A DNA stretch of 64,000 nucleotides from an uncultured Gemmatimonadales bacterium (GCA_963798085.1 CAWCRS010000002.1:381979-445978), one strand, 5' to 3'; shown: positions 32,203 through 43,197, counted from the first letter of the stretch. Numbers and translations are program-made. The notes: a model not told the origin generated them from the letters alone.

Positions 32203-33468
32203 TCATGCTCCCCATTGCTGGATGCGACGCCCAGTCGGGATGTGGGCGATGGACGGTTCATCGCGCTTGTCGATCATCCTCTGGTCGCTAAGCGCCGTCC
32301 TCCATTCGTCGAGACGCTTACAATGTTTCGACAGGCGCGGCAGTACCCTTGCTGCTACGCCAACTCGATCGCTTGCTGGTCGGAGCCAAGTATCTAGGTA
32401 TTGATCCGGCCGAACTTGCACCGGCACACGGGACAGTTCCGCAATTTCATCTGACCGACACACAAGAAAATGGCGACGTGGGTCGCGAAGCATGTCGTGA
32501 ATGCCGCGCTTGCAACATGGCCTCTGGCACCCAAAACGATTCTTGGCGCTTCGATCGGTAAACAGCTGTTCCGCTTCGTTCTGCTTGATGAAAGCGCCAA
32601 TCTCCGCCAAATAGACCCTCGGAGCCGGCATGAACCCAGCCGAACCACTTGGTTCTCGCAACAGGGGTTTGACATCGAACCGTTCGCCGAACGTGACGCC
32701 TTGCTCAATTCCGCCTACCGCTCCAAAGGCCAGCAGAGCCAAACCAAGCGTACCAGTGCGCTCCGCAACCACTGGCACGCCAAGACCATGCGTGGAACGG
32801 GCAAACTCTATGTAGCGGAGCAGTGCTCGAGAACTACTCTGTGACGCACCGAATCCAGATACACGAAGCCACAACGCGTCCATGCCGTGTCCACCGATAA
32901 GTTCGCGGAGTCGTTCCATCAAGTGCTTGCGAACAGCGGTAGACTCAAAAGCCTTGGTGTTATCACGAGCGGGTAGTAGATTGAAATGGCGCGTCCGCCC
33001 GAGTCGTTCAGCGATTCGCGGAGGTCCGTGGCTAGCTCGATATCCGAACCGAACCAGCGGCTGGGTATCGAGTCGATATAGTGCGTTGGCGCGAGGACGG
33101 CCGTCGCTCTAGCCTGTACGACGCACTTTGCAATCCGCTGAGTCAGCTTACGGCACGCGTTGCGAGGCAGTGCTTCCGGCGATTCTCTGCCAAGACCAAA
33201 CCAAGGCAAGTCCTTCATTCCCGAACGACTGCGACCGGTCTGCGTAGCCAACTCTACGGACAACGGATCGAGGATCAACTCGAGTCCTTTTTCGCGCGCG
33301 ACAGCTCGGAGCTCTTCTCCTCGGTCCAAATGGCGCGGATCCATTATCATTCCTGTCCCCACCTGGACTCCGGCGCTCATCAGACTCATGAGATGGGTGT
33401 AGTCTCTCGGGAACGGGCGAACGTAGTTCGCCAAGAGGGGCGGCTGCGATCGGGCTCTGGATGCCATT
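32203..33468 (-). pseudogene. ~420-aa hypothetical alpha/beta protein with C-terminal Cys/His cluster, split by one frameshift (~32950)
   Basis: ORFs 32919..33539 and 32203..32922 overlap, and the downstream frame is open upstream of its listed start; CQRPCC...HFL. Confidence 0.6.
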
Positions 33469-33694
33469 CGTTGACTCCGACTTGCCGATTGCCTTACCAG
33501 AATCATGATCATAATACTTAACATCCACCTGGCTGTCAAGACGGCCCGGGGCTCCCCGGGACGTGGCCGTTGAAATGCCTCAACTGGTTGTAAATCATGC
33601 GACTTATGGCGGACTCGTTACCAAGGAATGCGACGGCAGAGGTCCGATGAGTTGCCTGTTGAGCCGCGCGTAAACGCGGGTAGCAACTGATTGC

Positions 33695-33838
33695 GCCTAA
33701 CGTTCCTGGTGTTCACGACGTGCCGGAGCCGACCGCCAGGGCGGCGCAGGCATGTCCGCGCCCTTCACGGGCTACTCGCGTCGGCATCTGCGCGGCCGGC
33801 GGCCGACAGGCCGCCGAGCGTGAAATACCGTGTTAGAC
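33695..33838 (-). repeat. attC-like site 21
   Basis: gcctaac...gttagac. Confidence 0.9.
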
Positions 33839-34243
33839 GAAGTGCGCCGTACCACGCTTGCATCACGCACGACCTGTGACGGCGGGTCGCTCACCAGTAC
33901 CACGACCACTCGATGCGTGTACGAGGGAGCGCCGAATCTGCCGATCACGCTCCGGGACACGGTGGAAACGACACCCTGTTCGGTCATTGCGATAGAGCGG
34001 CGCGGCACACGTCCCCAGGTTACAAGATCCGGCTTGACTTCACATTTCCCGTTGCTGCCGCCGGGCAGGACCACCCACCGGGTCTGAGCCATTGGAGCCT
34101 GCCGTGGCTCGTGCCTCGGGTGGAGGCCGGTTATCTTCCCGACGGACATGATTGGCCTCACTGGGCAAACTGGCGCCCTTGGCCGGAAGCGGCCGCATGT
34201 GCTAAGATGCCTGCGTGACGACGAGCCGGCAACGGAAAGCGCC

Positions 34244-34486
34244 ATGCCCACGATTCCGAACATCTCCGGGCCGTACCGGTTCTTCTTCTACAGCTTCGAT
34301 TGCAACGAGCCGATGCATGTACACGTCGAACGAGATGATGCGAGCTGCAAGTTCTGGCTGGACCCCATTGCCCTCGCTTCGAATCGAGGGTACTCACCAG
34401 CTGAGCTCAATCGTATTCGTCGAGTCATCGACGCGAACCTTGAGGTGATGCGCAATGCCTGGATTGAACATTGCGGCCGCGCCTGA
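34244..34486 (+). CDS. DUF4160 protein (putative TA component)
   Basis: MPTI...YRFFFYS.D.NEPMHVHV...KFWL motif. Confidence 0.88.
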   Translation: MPTIPNISGPYRFFFYSFDCNEPMHVHVERDDASCKFWLDPIALASNRGYSPAELNRIRRVIDANLEVMRNAWIEHCGRA

Positions 34487-34727
34487 GCCGTTGATCAAGA
34501 CCGTGCGGGTATCTGAGGACGAAATCACGGCCTTCTTGAGCGATGGCCGAACCATCAGTGTCCCCCTTGCGTGGTCCTGGCGGCTCTTTGAAGCGACCCC
34601 GGAGCAACGGGCCAATTTTCGCCTGATCGCCAGCGGCGAAGGCGTGCACTGGCCTGACATCGATGAAGACATCAGTGTTTGGGGAATGCTCTACGGAATG
34701 CCTGCACATCAGCCGCCTTCCCGCTGA
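34455..34727 (+). CDS. DUF2442 protein (putative TA component)
   Basis: LSDGRTISVPLAW...GVHWPDIDEDIS motif. Confidence 0.88.
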   Translation: MPGLNIAAAPEPLIKTVRVSEDEITAFLSDGRTISVPLAWSWRLFEATPEQRANFRLIASGEGVHWPDIDEDISVWGMLYGMPAHQPPSR

Positions 34728-34771
34728 TCCGCCGCATCACGCCGCCCAGTCGCCAGAGGTAGGCGCATTTC

Positions 34772-34906
34772 GGCTAACGTGATCAGGTTCACGAAGCGCC
34801 GGAGCCGCTTGCGGCGGAGGCGTTTCCGCGCCTATCCTAAGCTGCACTCTTCATGGCCTGCGCGGCAAGCGCGCGAAGCGCGCTGGCGTGACACCGTTTG
34901 TTATCT
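34772..34906 (-). repeat. attC-like site 22
   Basis: ggctaac...gttatct. Confidence 0.85.
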
Positions 34907-35063
34907 GCAGGTGATCCGTTGGTTGGGTTTGCCTGCGGACACCCAAGCTGGGCGCGGTGTGCCTGGAGGCTTTACTGGCGTGCCTTAATGGCTTCGCCGA
35001 CCCCTGACGATATTCTGACACTGAGCGGCCGAAGACAAGGTTTCTTGTCATCACTTCACCCAC

Positions 35064-36317
35064 GTGAGGCACCGATTGTACGGCTCCGGACCGAAACGGT
35101 CTCCGATCGTCATGTTGCTGGCCCTTGAGTTGGCCCTGTTCGGCAGTTCTGGGTGTGGTTCGGATCTTGATCCAAGCGTTGGCGTCCAGGAAGGGGCTGG
35201 CTTTCCAACCATTGAGCCCGCATGGACGGATTCTGATACATGGCGCATTGGCACTCAACCGACCTTTGTAGTCGGGACCGCCAATGGTCCTTCAGAGTAC
35301 GCCTTGGCGGATGTCCGAGGCGCAACGACCTTTGCCGACGGCCGGATTGCCGTCGCCGATAATTCAGCGAGGCAAATCAAGTTCTTCAGCGCGACGGGAG
35401 AGTACATTGGGTCGTCCGGCCGGGAAGGCTCAGGTCCTGGAGAATACAGGTCTATTGTGGCCATGACGCGGACTCCGAGCGACACGCTTCTCGTGGCTGA
35501 TCTCTTCCTTCGCCGTATCACCGTCCTTGATGCGACTGGTGAGTTTGTCCGGTCTATAAGCTTGCCCAGCTCCGGCCGGATCACAGCGTTGGTGGCGGTG
35601 AGCGACACCAACGCGGTGTTCATCTCGGCCCTGGCGATGGACGCCAGGACAAGACCGGATGGTATGTATCAGGATACCGTACCCGTGTTCCTGCTCGATC
35701 TAGCGACGGAAGAGATGCAATTGGCGGGTCACGTGACCGTAGCGCAGTACATTTCCAAGAAGCTCGGTGAAGGTCAATCGACTGGGCGATTGGCACCCTT
35801 CGCGAGCCCTGGCTACGTGGCGGCCGCTGCTGGCCGGTTCGTAATAGCGGCGTCGGCGGATGACGATGTTCGGATCTATTCTCCAGACGGAACCGAAACG
35901 GCGGTGCTCCAGCACGTCCGCCCGATGCCATCTGTGGGAGTCCACGAGATACGAGCCTATTATCACGCGTGGTATCCCGACGGTGACGCAGCGGTGAGGT
36001 TGGCGAGGACTGGCTTTGCGGATGTTGGACCGCCTCGAATGCCGGCATTCGACGGCGTGGCGGTTGGTCCCGATGGCAACGTATGGGTTCGACGATTCGA
36101 TCCGCCGTGGGATTTGCATCGATCGAAGTGGGACGTTCACGGATCTGATGGACGATGGCTCGGAACGGTGGAACTACCCGTGGACAGGCATGTAGATTGG
36201 CGAACCAAGGACCTGCTCGAGGTTGGCGACGACCACGTTCTCGTGCTTCTTACTGATACAATTGGAGTACAGCGAGTGGGTCGGTTTGAGCTCACGCGAG
36301 GCATGCCGTCGAGTTGA
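35064..36317 (+). CDS. 6-bladed beta-propeller protein (inverted)
   Basis: GREGSGPGEY, VGPDGNVWV and GRWLGTVELP motifs. Confidence 0.85.
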   Translation: MRHRLYGSGPKRSPIVMLLALELALFGSSGCGSDLDPSVGVQEGAGFPTIEPAWTDSDTWRIGTQPTFVVGTANGPSEYALADVRGATTFADGRIAVADNSARQIKFFSATGEYIGSSGREGSGPGEYRSIVAMTRTPSDTLLVADLFLRRITVLDATGEFVRSISLPSSGRITALVAVSDTNAVFISALAMDARTRPDGMYQDTVPVFLLDLATEEMQLAGHVTVAQYISKKLGEGQSTGRLAPFASPGYVAAAAGRFVIAASADDDVRIYSPDGTETAVLQHVRPMPSVGVHEIRAYYHAWYPDGDAAVRLARTGFADVGPPRMPAFDGVAVGPDGNVWVRRFDPPWDLHRSKWDVHGSDGRWLGTVELPVDRHVDWRTKDLLEVGDDHVLVLLTDTIGVQRVGRFELTRGMPSS

Positions 36318-36339
36318 CTCGGCCGATAGGATCACTTGC

Positions 36340-36484
36340 AGATAACGTCTCGGCTGTTCACGACGTGCCGAAGCCGACCGCCAGGGCGGCGCAGGCATGT
36401 CCGCGCCCTTCACGAGCTGACCGCCTCGGCCACCTGCGCGGCCGGCGGCCGACAGGCCGCCGAGCGTGAAATAGCGTGTTATCT
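36340..36484 (-). repeat. attC-like site 23
   Basis: agataac...gttatct. Confidence 0.9.
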
Positions 36485-36624
36485 GCTGGTGATCCGTGCT
36501 TGGTTCAACGATGCATGAGCACGAGTCCGCCGGGAACCGCAGTCCGCCTTCTTCGGCAAGGGACATGTTCGGTCGCCCCAGAGCCTCTGACAGACCAACC
36601 TGGTCGAGTGTGACGTTCAAGTCA

Positions 36625-37368
36625 CTATTCAGCGCATCGAAACATGCCGGGCTGCTGTGTGGTTTTTGGATCCTTACACCAATCATCGAGCCGAACAATG
36701 TACGCACTGTCTCGAATGGAGCGCCGAACGCCTGGTAATGCGTCCTCCGCTGTCTGCCTGCTTGAGTACTCGATTGCGGTACGAAGCCATGCGCCTCGTT
36801 GAAAGATGCTCGGCGAAGGGAAGCCCAGCTTCTTCGCGCGATTCACTTCGAACTGCGCCGGCTCCAAGTCTTTGTCCGCGGAGATCACTACTGCCCACGT
36901 GCCGGAATTCTTGTCCGCTGCAGGTGTAAGCTCGTTGAGTACGACTTCTTGTGCCTTCAAGCTTGACGCAAGGTCGCTCTGTGTGGCGCGAGCCACCTGA
37001 GTCGAGCTATCGAGGACTGTTGCAAACTGGTTGATCGCGAGCTTGATGCTGGTCTCGCTTGCGCGGCTGGCCAATACGCGCAGCTCTCGCCGCACGGAAT
37101 CGACGCGCTGCAAAACGGCGTCGATCTGCTGAGTCGCCCTCCCTGTCGCCTCTGCAGCCTCCTGCGCTTTCTCCCAATGAAAGCCCGCAATGTCAGCCTT
37201 CGTGAAACCCGCCCTTTGGAGACGGTTGTTGAGGCCTGCCGGCCAGACCAGGAGCGCCAGCAGAACGAGCAAGATCGCCGAATCCCGCACCACGTTGAGG
37301 CCCTCCTTGACGGTTGTCAGTAGGCCAGGGCCCTTGGCTTTCGGTGGGTTGGGGTCTGGATTGTCCAC
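36625..37368 (-). CDS. Membrane-anchored coiled-coil protein with SPOR-like C-terminus
   Basis: TM helix, coiled coil and WAVVISA...SAYIV. Confidence 0.6.
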   Translation of the reverse strand: MDNPDPNPPKAKGPGLLTTVKEGLNVVRDSAILLVLLALLVWPAGLNNRLQRAGFTKADIAGFHWEKAQEAAEATGRATQQIDAVLQRVDSVRRELRVLASRASETSIKLAINQFATVLDSSTQVARATQSDLASSLKAQEVVLNELTPAADKNSGTWAVVISADKDLEPAQFEVNRAKKLGFPSPSIFQRGAWLRTAIEYSSRQTAEDALPGVRRSIRDSAYIVRLDDWCKDPKTTQQPGMFRCAE

Positions 37369-37487
37369 GTGGCTACCTCCGCCGGTCTGGTTTCGAGACT
37401 CGGAGTGATGATGGCTCGTGGCGTAGCCCGACGCCAGCCGGCTACCGGAATCCATGCTGTCGGATAGGCACAATAAGGATCACTTGC

Positions 37488-37628
37488 AGATAACGTGATG
37501 GCGGTTGCCGACGTGCCGGAGCCGCTTGCGGCGCAGGCATGTCCGCCGCCCTTCCCTACGTGTCCGTCTCGGCCTCCTGCGGCGGCGGCCGCGCGCCAGC
37601 GCGGCCTGCGGCAACTAGCTTGTTATCT
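37488..37628 (-). repeat. attC-like site 24
   Basis: agataac...gttatct; ttgccg/cggcaa variant. Confidence 0.88.
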
Positions 37629-37690
37629 GACGTTGGGCTCACCCCTGTGCTACGCGACGGCCCCTCCGAGCGGGAGCTGATGCACAAGGA

Positions 37691-38209
37691 TCACGCATAA
37701 TCGAGCAAGTGAGCAACCCGCTCGGCCGTGAATCGCCAGCTATCTGGAATCCGGTCAATCGTGCCGGCTCCGTGCGCGCGGGCAGTCCACTCTCTATACT
37801 CATACAAGATAGTCTCACCGCGACCACGCGACGTGGCGCGCAACCTATCAGCCACCTCCAATGGAGTGGCAAGGTACGCTCGAGGCATCTCGGTGAGCTC
37901 AACGTCTTTGAACTGAACGAAGCAGAGTGCCGTCCGCGGTTTATGCTTGTTGAGCCATTGGTCAATGGCTGCGAGGTAATCGCGGTTCCGCATGTAGGAC
38001 TGCGTCAAGCCCCAGCTGCCGGATTTGCTTCCTTTGACGGAGACCTTAAGCAGTTTCTCTCCTCGCGCCACCATCAGGTCGTATTCTGGCTGGTTGGCAC
38101 CGTACTGCACCGACACATCCATGCCGCAGCGTGCGAACAGGGCTGCGGCGATCGCCTCCGCCGCGACGCCGACGTGAAAGGAGCTGAACTCAAGTGATCT
38201 ACTCGGCAT
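37691..38209 (-). CDS. PD-(D/E)XK-like endonuclease
   Basis: G..AE...YDLMV...VSVKGS motif. Confidence 0.7.
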   Translation of the reverse strand: MPSRSLEFSSFHVGVAAEAIAAALFARCGMDVSVQYGANQPEYDLMVARGEKLLKVSVKGSKSGSWGLTQSYMRNRDYLAAIDQWLNKHKPRTALCFVQFKDVELTEMPRAYLATPLEVADRLRATSRGRGETILYEYREWTARAHGAGTIDRIPDSWRFTAERVAHLLDYA

Positions 38210-38509
38210 TGGTTTGGCCCTCAAGACTGGTATGTCTTCAGACGCTCCCGTTCAGACCGGGCATGGCGGATCGAGTAAACGCTGGCCTTCATTATAGTAT
38301 GGCGGATGACAGGGAGGTGAAATCCCGTTCACCGCTTCGCTGACGATCCTGGCCCTGCCTGCAAATGCTCAACAATACAACTGTCATAAGCCAGTTGGCC
38401 AACCAGACTTCAAGGGAGTACCTGGTGGGGAGAAGGACGGCCTTCGTGGCGTGCGTCGCCATGCAAGCAAGTACGGACATATTGCTGCCGCTTGATGCAC
38501 GGTGGCATC

Positions 38510-38725
38510 TCAATTGTCAGGCGGAGAACTGTTGCCTTCAGCTTCGAGGAAACGGCGCATGGAGGCCAAGGCTGCACGCGCTGCCGCGCGTCGTTGGCCG
38601 AATTCAGCGCCGAACAGCCGACCGACGTTCACTGATGCCCCGACAAGAGGGGTCTGCTTTACTTGTGTTACACGCTCTTGGACCCAGCGGAGATCAGCCG
38701 TGAGGCGCGCAGCTAGCTCCGTCAC
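38510..38725 (-). CDS. Hypothetical protein (start uncertain)
   Basis: Open frame at the 5' end of the cassette. Confidence 0.35.
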   Translation of the reverse strand: MTELAARLTADLRWVQERVTQVKQTPLVGASVNVGRLFGAEFGQRRAAARAALASMRRFLEAEGNSSPPDN

Positions 38726-38899
38726 TCGGGGGCCGAACAGCGGTGCGAGTCGGTCGAATTCCGCGATCTCGTCTGCCGGCCACGCCTCAGTCTGCCGAAT
38801 AATGTCGATGGGTGGCGAGTCCCTTCGCCTGGAGCGAGAAGTCGTGCATCGTAATGCTCCACAGTCATGTGCCCGGGAAGCACCTGTGAGCCCAATGTC

Positions 38900-39044
38900 A
38901 GATAACGTCTCGGCGGTTAACGAACCCGCGAGAGCCGACCGACAGGGCGGCGAAGCGGGTTCCCGGCCCTTCCCAAGCTACTCCTTTCCGGGGCTGCCGG
39001 GCCAGCGCGCAAAGCGCGCGCGGCGTTAACCCAGCCTGTTATCT
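38900..39044 (-). repeat. attC-like site 25
   Basis: agataac...gttatct; ttaacg/cgttaa variant. Confidence 0.85.
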
Positions 39045-39217
39045 GATGCGAGTTGTGCCCTGGCGGCCCAGGCTACTACGCAAAGGTGCAGCCGAGGAGC
39101 CGCCCAAGACTGTCGGCCTGGCATCAAACCGCGGATCGCACCGTCTCAGGCCCTCGACGCGCGACGGGGTGTTCAGCTGGCACCGGAGCTGCGAGAGTAG
39201 GCACTCAGGCTACCGAG

Positions 39218-39706
39218 CTACGTCAGCGTTGGCAGCCTGCCGGAATGCGCCTCCACACCTTTGGTGCCGTCTGACCGGAGCGATCTCATGTCGGGAAATT
39301 CGCCCGCGGCAATTCGACGCTGCGCAATTCGGTTGGCGAGTTTCATTAGCTGGACCCCCACGACGGTCATCACAATCGTTGAACCGACTGGCAGGAGCAT
39401 CATTACTGGTACGTCCGCACCGGCAACTGCGATTCCTGTGGCGATTCCAGCCGAAAGGCCGAGAATTCCGAAGTGCCAAGGCATTCGCCGACGTGCTTTC
39501 TCGGCACAGTCCTCACACACGAGCCGGCCATGAATGAGGTACGGGTCGGCAGCGCGTGCTGCACGCCATGGAGTACCGCATGCCGCACACCTGCCGCCTC
39601 GATTGCGGCCTCGCGAACGCAACGACTCAAGTAACCATAGGCCGCCAACCGTTGGAATGCCACCAAGCACGGTGAAGGCTGTCACAAGTCCCCAAAATGT
39701 GAGCAT
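39218..39706 (-). CDS. Membrane protein with two CxxC motifs (paralog of 6362-6826)
   Basis: TM, CAAC...CEDC, then 2 TM; GAGGAG RBS. Confidence 0.7.
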   Translation of the reverse strand: MLTFWGLVTAFTVLGGIPTVGGLWLLESLRSRGRNRGGRCAACGTPWRAARAADPYLIHGRLVCEDCAEKARRRMPWHFGILGLSAGIATGIAVAGADVPVMMLLPVGSTIVMTVVGVQLMKLANRIAQRRIAAGEFPDMRSLRSDGTKGVEAHSGRLPTLT

Positions 39707-39938
39707 GCTCCCACTCCTCGTTCGATCAGGAGCCAACGCATGCTGGTAGTATCGTCGGAGTCGGTCTCGCTGTTGAGAACGCCACGCCAAGCCGCTCGCG
39801 TCGTGCTCCCGGGCGCTACACTGGGCCAGTTTCCCCACTCAGAAGGGGTATGCGCTCTCGGTCGAGTAGTTCACGTGGTCTCGATTCAGGTTGGTCAATG
39901 CCCATTCGCATGGGTTTCCGTTGGGCACAACACGTTTC

Positions 39939-40085
39939 AGATAACGTCTCGGTCAAGTTCATGACGTGCCGGAGCCGACCGCCAGGGCGGCGCAGGCATG
40001 TCCGCGCCCTTCCCACCGCTGCCCACTTCGGCCGTTGCGCGGCCGGCGGCCGACAGGCCGCCGTGCGTGAAAGGACGTGTTAGCT
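39939..40085 (-). repeat. attC-like site 26
   Basis: agataac...gttagct. Confidence 0.9.
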
Positions 40086-40348
40086 GATGCAAGAACCGCT
40101 GGTTGCCTTGCCTCCACGCCCAGGTTCCGACAACGGGCTACGGCCGATATCCTCCTGGTACGCCTTGAGCGCTTGCCGGTTCACCCGCCCATTGTGCCCC
40201 GCGAATCGCCTCGCCATGACAGACCTTCGTACGTGCCCGTCAATGGGGATGGCGGCCCGTTCTGCGAAGGCCGTCGACGCGAGCAAGTGCGCAGCCAATG
40301 CGCCACGTGTGATGGCACGAGAGCGAGCAACGCCCTTTTCGCGTCCTG

Positions 40349-41008
40349 CTAGATCCGTTTGATCGTCGCGAACCAGGCCGGTGCGCCGTCGGCGTGAAAT
40401 CTCGTCTGGAGGCGGTCCGGTTCGATCGCGGTGACATTCCATCCATGGCTGGGGCTGAACGCCGCTCTCAGCTCTTGCAGACTGATGGGGTGCGGACCAG
40501 TACCGGGACCCTCGTCACTGAAGCACAGCACATACAGGGCGCCACCGTGCTCGGTCACCGAAGCCAGACTTGCTACGTATCCGGGCCGCTCATCGCCGTT
40601 GAAGGTGTGAAACAGCCCGCAGTCCAGCACCGTGTCAAACCTGCGTCCCAAGCGCTCCAAGTGAAGCGCGTCCGCCGCAGCGAACTCAACCGCGATCCCA
40701 CGCCTGTCGGCCTTCTCTCGGGCGATCGCCAGTGCCGTCTCAGCCACGTCAACGCCCAGAACCGTCAATCCCAGCGAGGCAACGTGAAACGCGTTTTCGC
40801 CGGTTCCGCAGCCCGCATCGAGCACTGCTCCGGCGAAGCCGCCAGCGGACGCCAAACGCAGCACTGCCGGCTGCGGCTGGCCAATATCCCAAGGCGGCGG
40901 GCCATCGTGGTACGACGCGTCCCAGGGCAGTCCCGACAGCCGTTCGTGACTGGTTGGGTGCCGACCCCTGAATGGACCGTCAGCGAAGGTTTCTGATCGC
41001 TCTGACAA
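40349..41008 (-). CDS. Class I SAM-dependent methyltransferase
   Basis: PWDIGQPQP, VLDAGCGTGEN and LDCGLFH motifs. Confidence 0.88.
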   Translation of the reverse strand: MSERSETFADGPFRGRHPTSHERLSGLPWDASYHDGPPPWDIGQPQPAVLRLASAGGFAGAVLDAGCGTGENAFHVASLGLTVLGVDVAETALAIAREKADRRGIAVEFAAADALHLERLGRRFDTVLDCGLFHTFNGDERPGYVASLASVTEHGGALYVLCFSDEGPGTGPHPISLQELRAAFSPSHGWNVTAIEPDRLQTRFHADGAPAWFATIKRI

Positions 41009-41090
41009 TTTCGACGCCTTCCTGCACCTGATCTCACCACCTTATTCTAGCACAAGTCCGTACCGCTTGGGCAAAAGCGGTTCTTGTTTC

Positions 41091-41225
41091 AGCTAACGTG
41101 AACAGGTTCATGACGCGCCGGAGCCGCTTGCGGCGCAGGCGTGTCCGCGCCTGCTGGAGCGTGACCGCGTGAATGGCCTGCGCGGCGGGCCGCGTCAGCG
41201 GCCCAGCATGAACCAAATGTTAGCT
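41091..41225 (-). repeat. attC-like site 27
   Basis: agctaac...gttagct. Confidence 0.88.
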
Positions 41226-41376
41226 GATGGCCGCCGCCGCTGTCTGCACTACTACGCATCCGCTCAGGCTGAGCCCACCTGTCCCGACTGTTGCCCCTCG
41301 CAGCGAGAGAGCTACGAAAGGAGTCCAGCATCGCACAAGGTGTGCAACCCGCGTGACCTCCCCAAGACATGGGTTG

Positions 41377-41913
41377 CTACTCGCCCTCCAGCTCAACGCC
41401 CAGCCCGTCAGCAATCCTGTTCACGAAGGCAAAATAGCTGATGATCGCACACGCATCATGAATCGCTCGGTCATCCATGCCCACCTCTCGGAGACGGGCA
41501 ATGTCTGCGGCGGTTACCGAGGCTGGGTCGCGGGTGACCTGATCGGCATAAGCGAGGAGAGCCCGCTCCCGTGTGCTGACATCCAACGCGCCCACGTCTG
41601 CTTCGTGGAGGCCTGCCACAAGCCTGTCCTGGCTTTCCGAGGACAAGCCCGATGCGCCCAAGAGCCGACGGAGTCCCGCTCCGTGATGGGCGATTCAGTA
41701 CCGACACTTGTTCAACGCCGAGACGCGGACGGCGATCATCTCTCGCTCCCGGCGCGAGAGCGGTCCGCTTCGATGCATGAGTTGCCGGTACAGCTCGAGG
41801 TGCTGTCGCATGACCGCCGGGTGTACGGAATGCACCTGGATAATGTGATCTGAATCGTCCACGCGCTCCGGCTCGGGCAAGACGTCGGGCGGGATGGATC
41901 GAATGTACGCCAT
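41377..41913 (-). CDS. AhpD/CMD-family peroxidase-like protein with in-frame UGA (probable selenocysteine, C-R-Y-U)
   Basis: ORFs 41695..41913 and 41377..41661 are in one frame separated only by TGA: REMIAVRVSALNKCRY*IAHHG...FAFVNRIADGLG. Confidence 0.8.
41668..41684 (-). promoter_or_regulatory. Candidate bacterial SECIS hairpin
   Basis: ACGGAG-CGGGA-CTCCGT stem-loop starting at the 11th nt after the UGA. Confidence 0.55.
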
Positions 41914-42002
41914 TGTCCAGATTCACTCCTCGCTTGTGCGTCGCGGTCAGTTCAGCGAGCCGGCTCGGGATAAGCCTCCAACGTGTGGCGGCGGCGGCTT
42001 TC

Positions 42003-42147
42003 AGCTAACGTCTCAGTTGTTCACGACGTGCCGGAGCCGACCGTCAGGGCGGCGCAGGCATGTCTCGGCCTTTCATCGCGTGGCCCCATCAACAGCCCGC
42101 CGGGCCGGCGGCCGCCAGGCCGCCGTGCGTGAAAAGACGTGTTAGAT
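42003..42147 (-). repeat. attC-like site 28
   Basis: agctaac...gttagat. Confidence 0.9.
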
Positions 42148-42327
42148 GATGCCGGTCCCCGCTGCCTGCCATGCCCGCCCGTACCGGGTCAAGCCCAAAC
42201 GCCCGTGGCTTTGGAGGCGTCTCGTTGACATCGGGCCGACCCCATCCTATGCGTTCTCGGACCAAGATGCGACAGCGATGTGGCGCCGGCGTCGCATGGG
42301 GACACTGCTATTGAGAAGCGCATCGGA

Positions 42328-43141
42328 ATGACCATGGACGGACACGCACGAAACGAGGGTGTGGCCGCAGCGATTTCAGACCTCTATTCGGGGCCTCTCG
42401 ACAGCTTCGTGGCTCGGCGTGACGCGTTTGTGAAGGAACTGCGCGCCGCGGGTGGGCGCGAAAATGCCTTGGCGGTCAAAGGCCTGCGCAAACCTTCGCG
42501 GCTGGCCTGGGCTCTCAATGCCGCGTCGCTCGCCGACCCGGCGCGCATGGATCAGCTCGAGGCGGCAGTCGCATCGACAATCCAGGCGCAGGCCGGTGGT
42601 GGCGACCTGCGTTCCGCGCTGAGTGCGTTGCGCGAAGCCGTCCGGGGTGTGGCGGACGCGGCCGCTGGTATCGCTGCCACGGGGGGCCACCCCATGGCAC
42701 CCGAGCCTCTCGCGAACGCGATCATGGCCGTGATCGGTGCATCCGATGCATTTCGCTTGTTGCGAACCGGCCATTCTCGTGGACATCCCTGAGGCCGGCG
42801 GATTCGACTTCTTCGCGTTTGCGGCACCGAGCCCAACACCCTCGAGTCCCGCCGATATTCAACCCGCACGCGACCCGTCTGCAGCGGATGACGCCTATCG
42901 GGAGGCCGTGCGCCGAGCTGAGGCCACTTTCGCCGCTGCGCGCGAGGGATTCGCACTGGCTGAGCAAACCCTGCGCGATGCCGAAGCAAGGCTTCAAGAG
43001 GCTGAACACAGGTTGGCAATGGCTCGCCCGGACGCGGTCGCGGCAAAGGCTACCTACGATCGGGCCCAAGCGGTCATGAAAGCGGCCGAAACCGAGCTGC
43101 GACAGGCGGAATTGTCGCGGGATCTCGCGCACCGAACCTAG
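42328..43141 (+). pseudogene. Second copy of the 20660-21472 gene with a 1-nt insertion (~42775)
   Basis: Near-identical DNA; ccattctcg versus ccatctcg. Confidence 0.8.
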
Positions 43142-43197
43142 CAATTGCCTCAGCCTCGCAAAGGACTCGCTCTCAATCCGTTGCGGGGACCGGTTTC

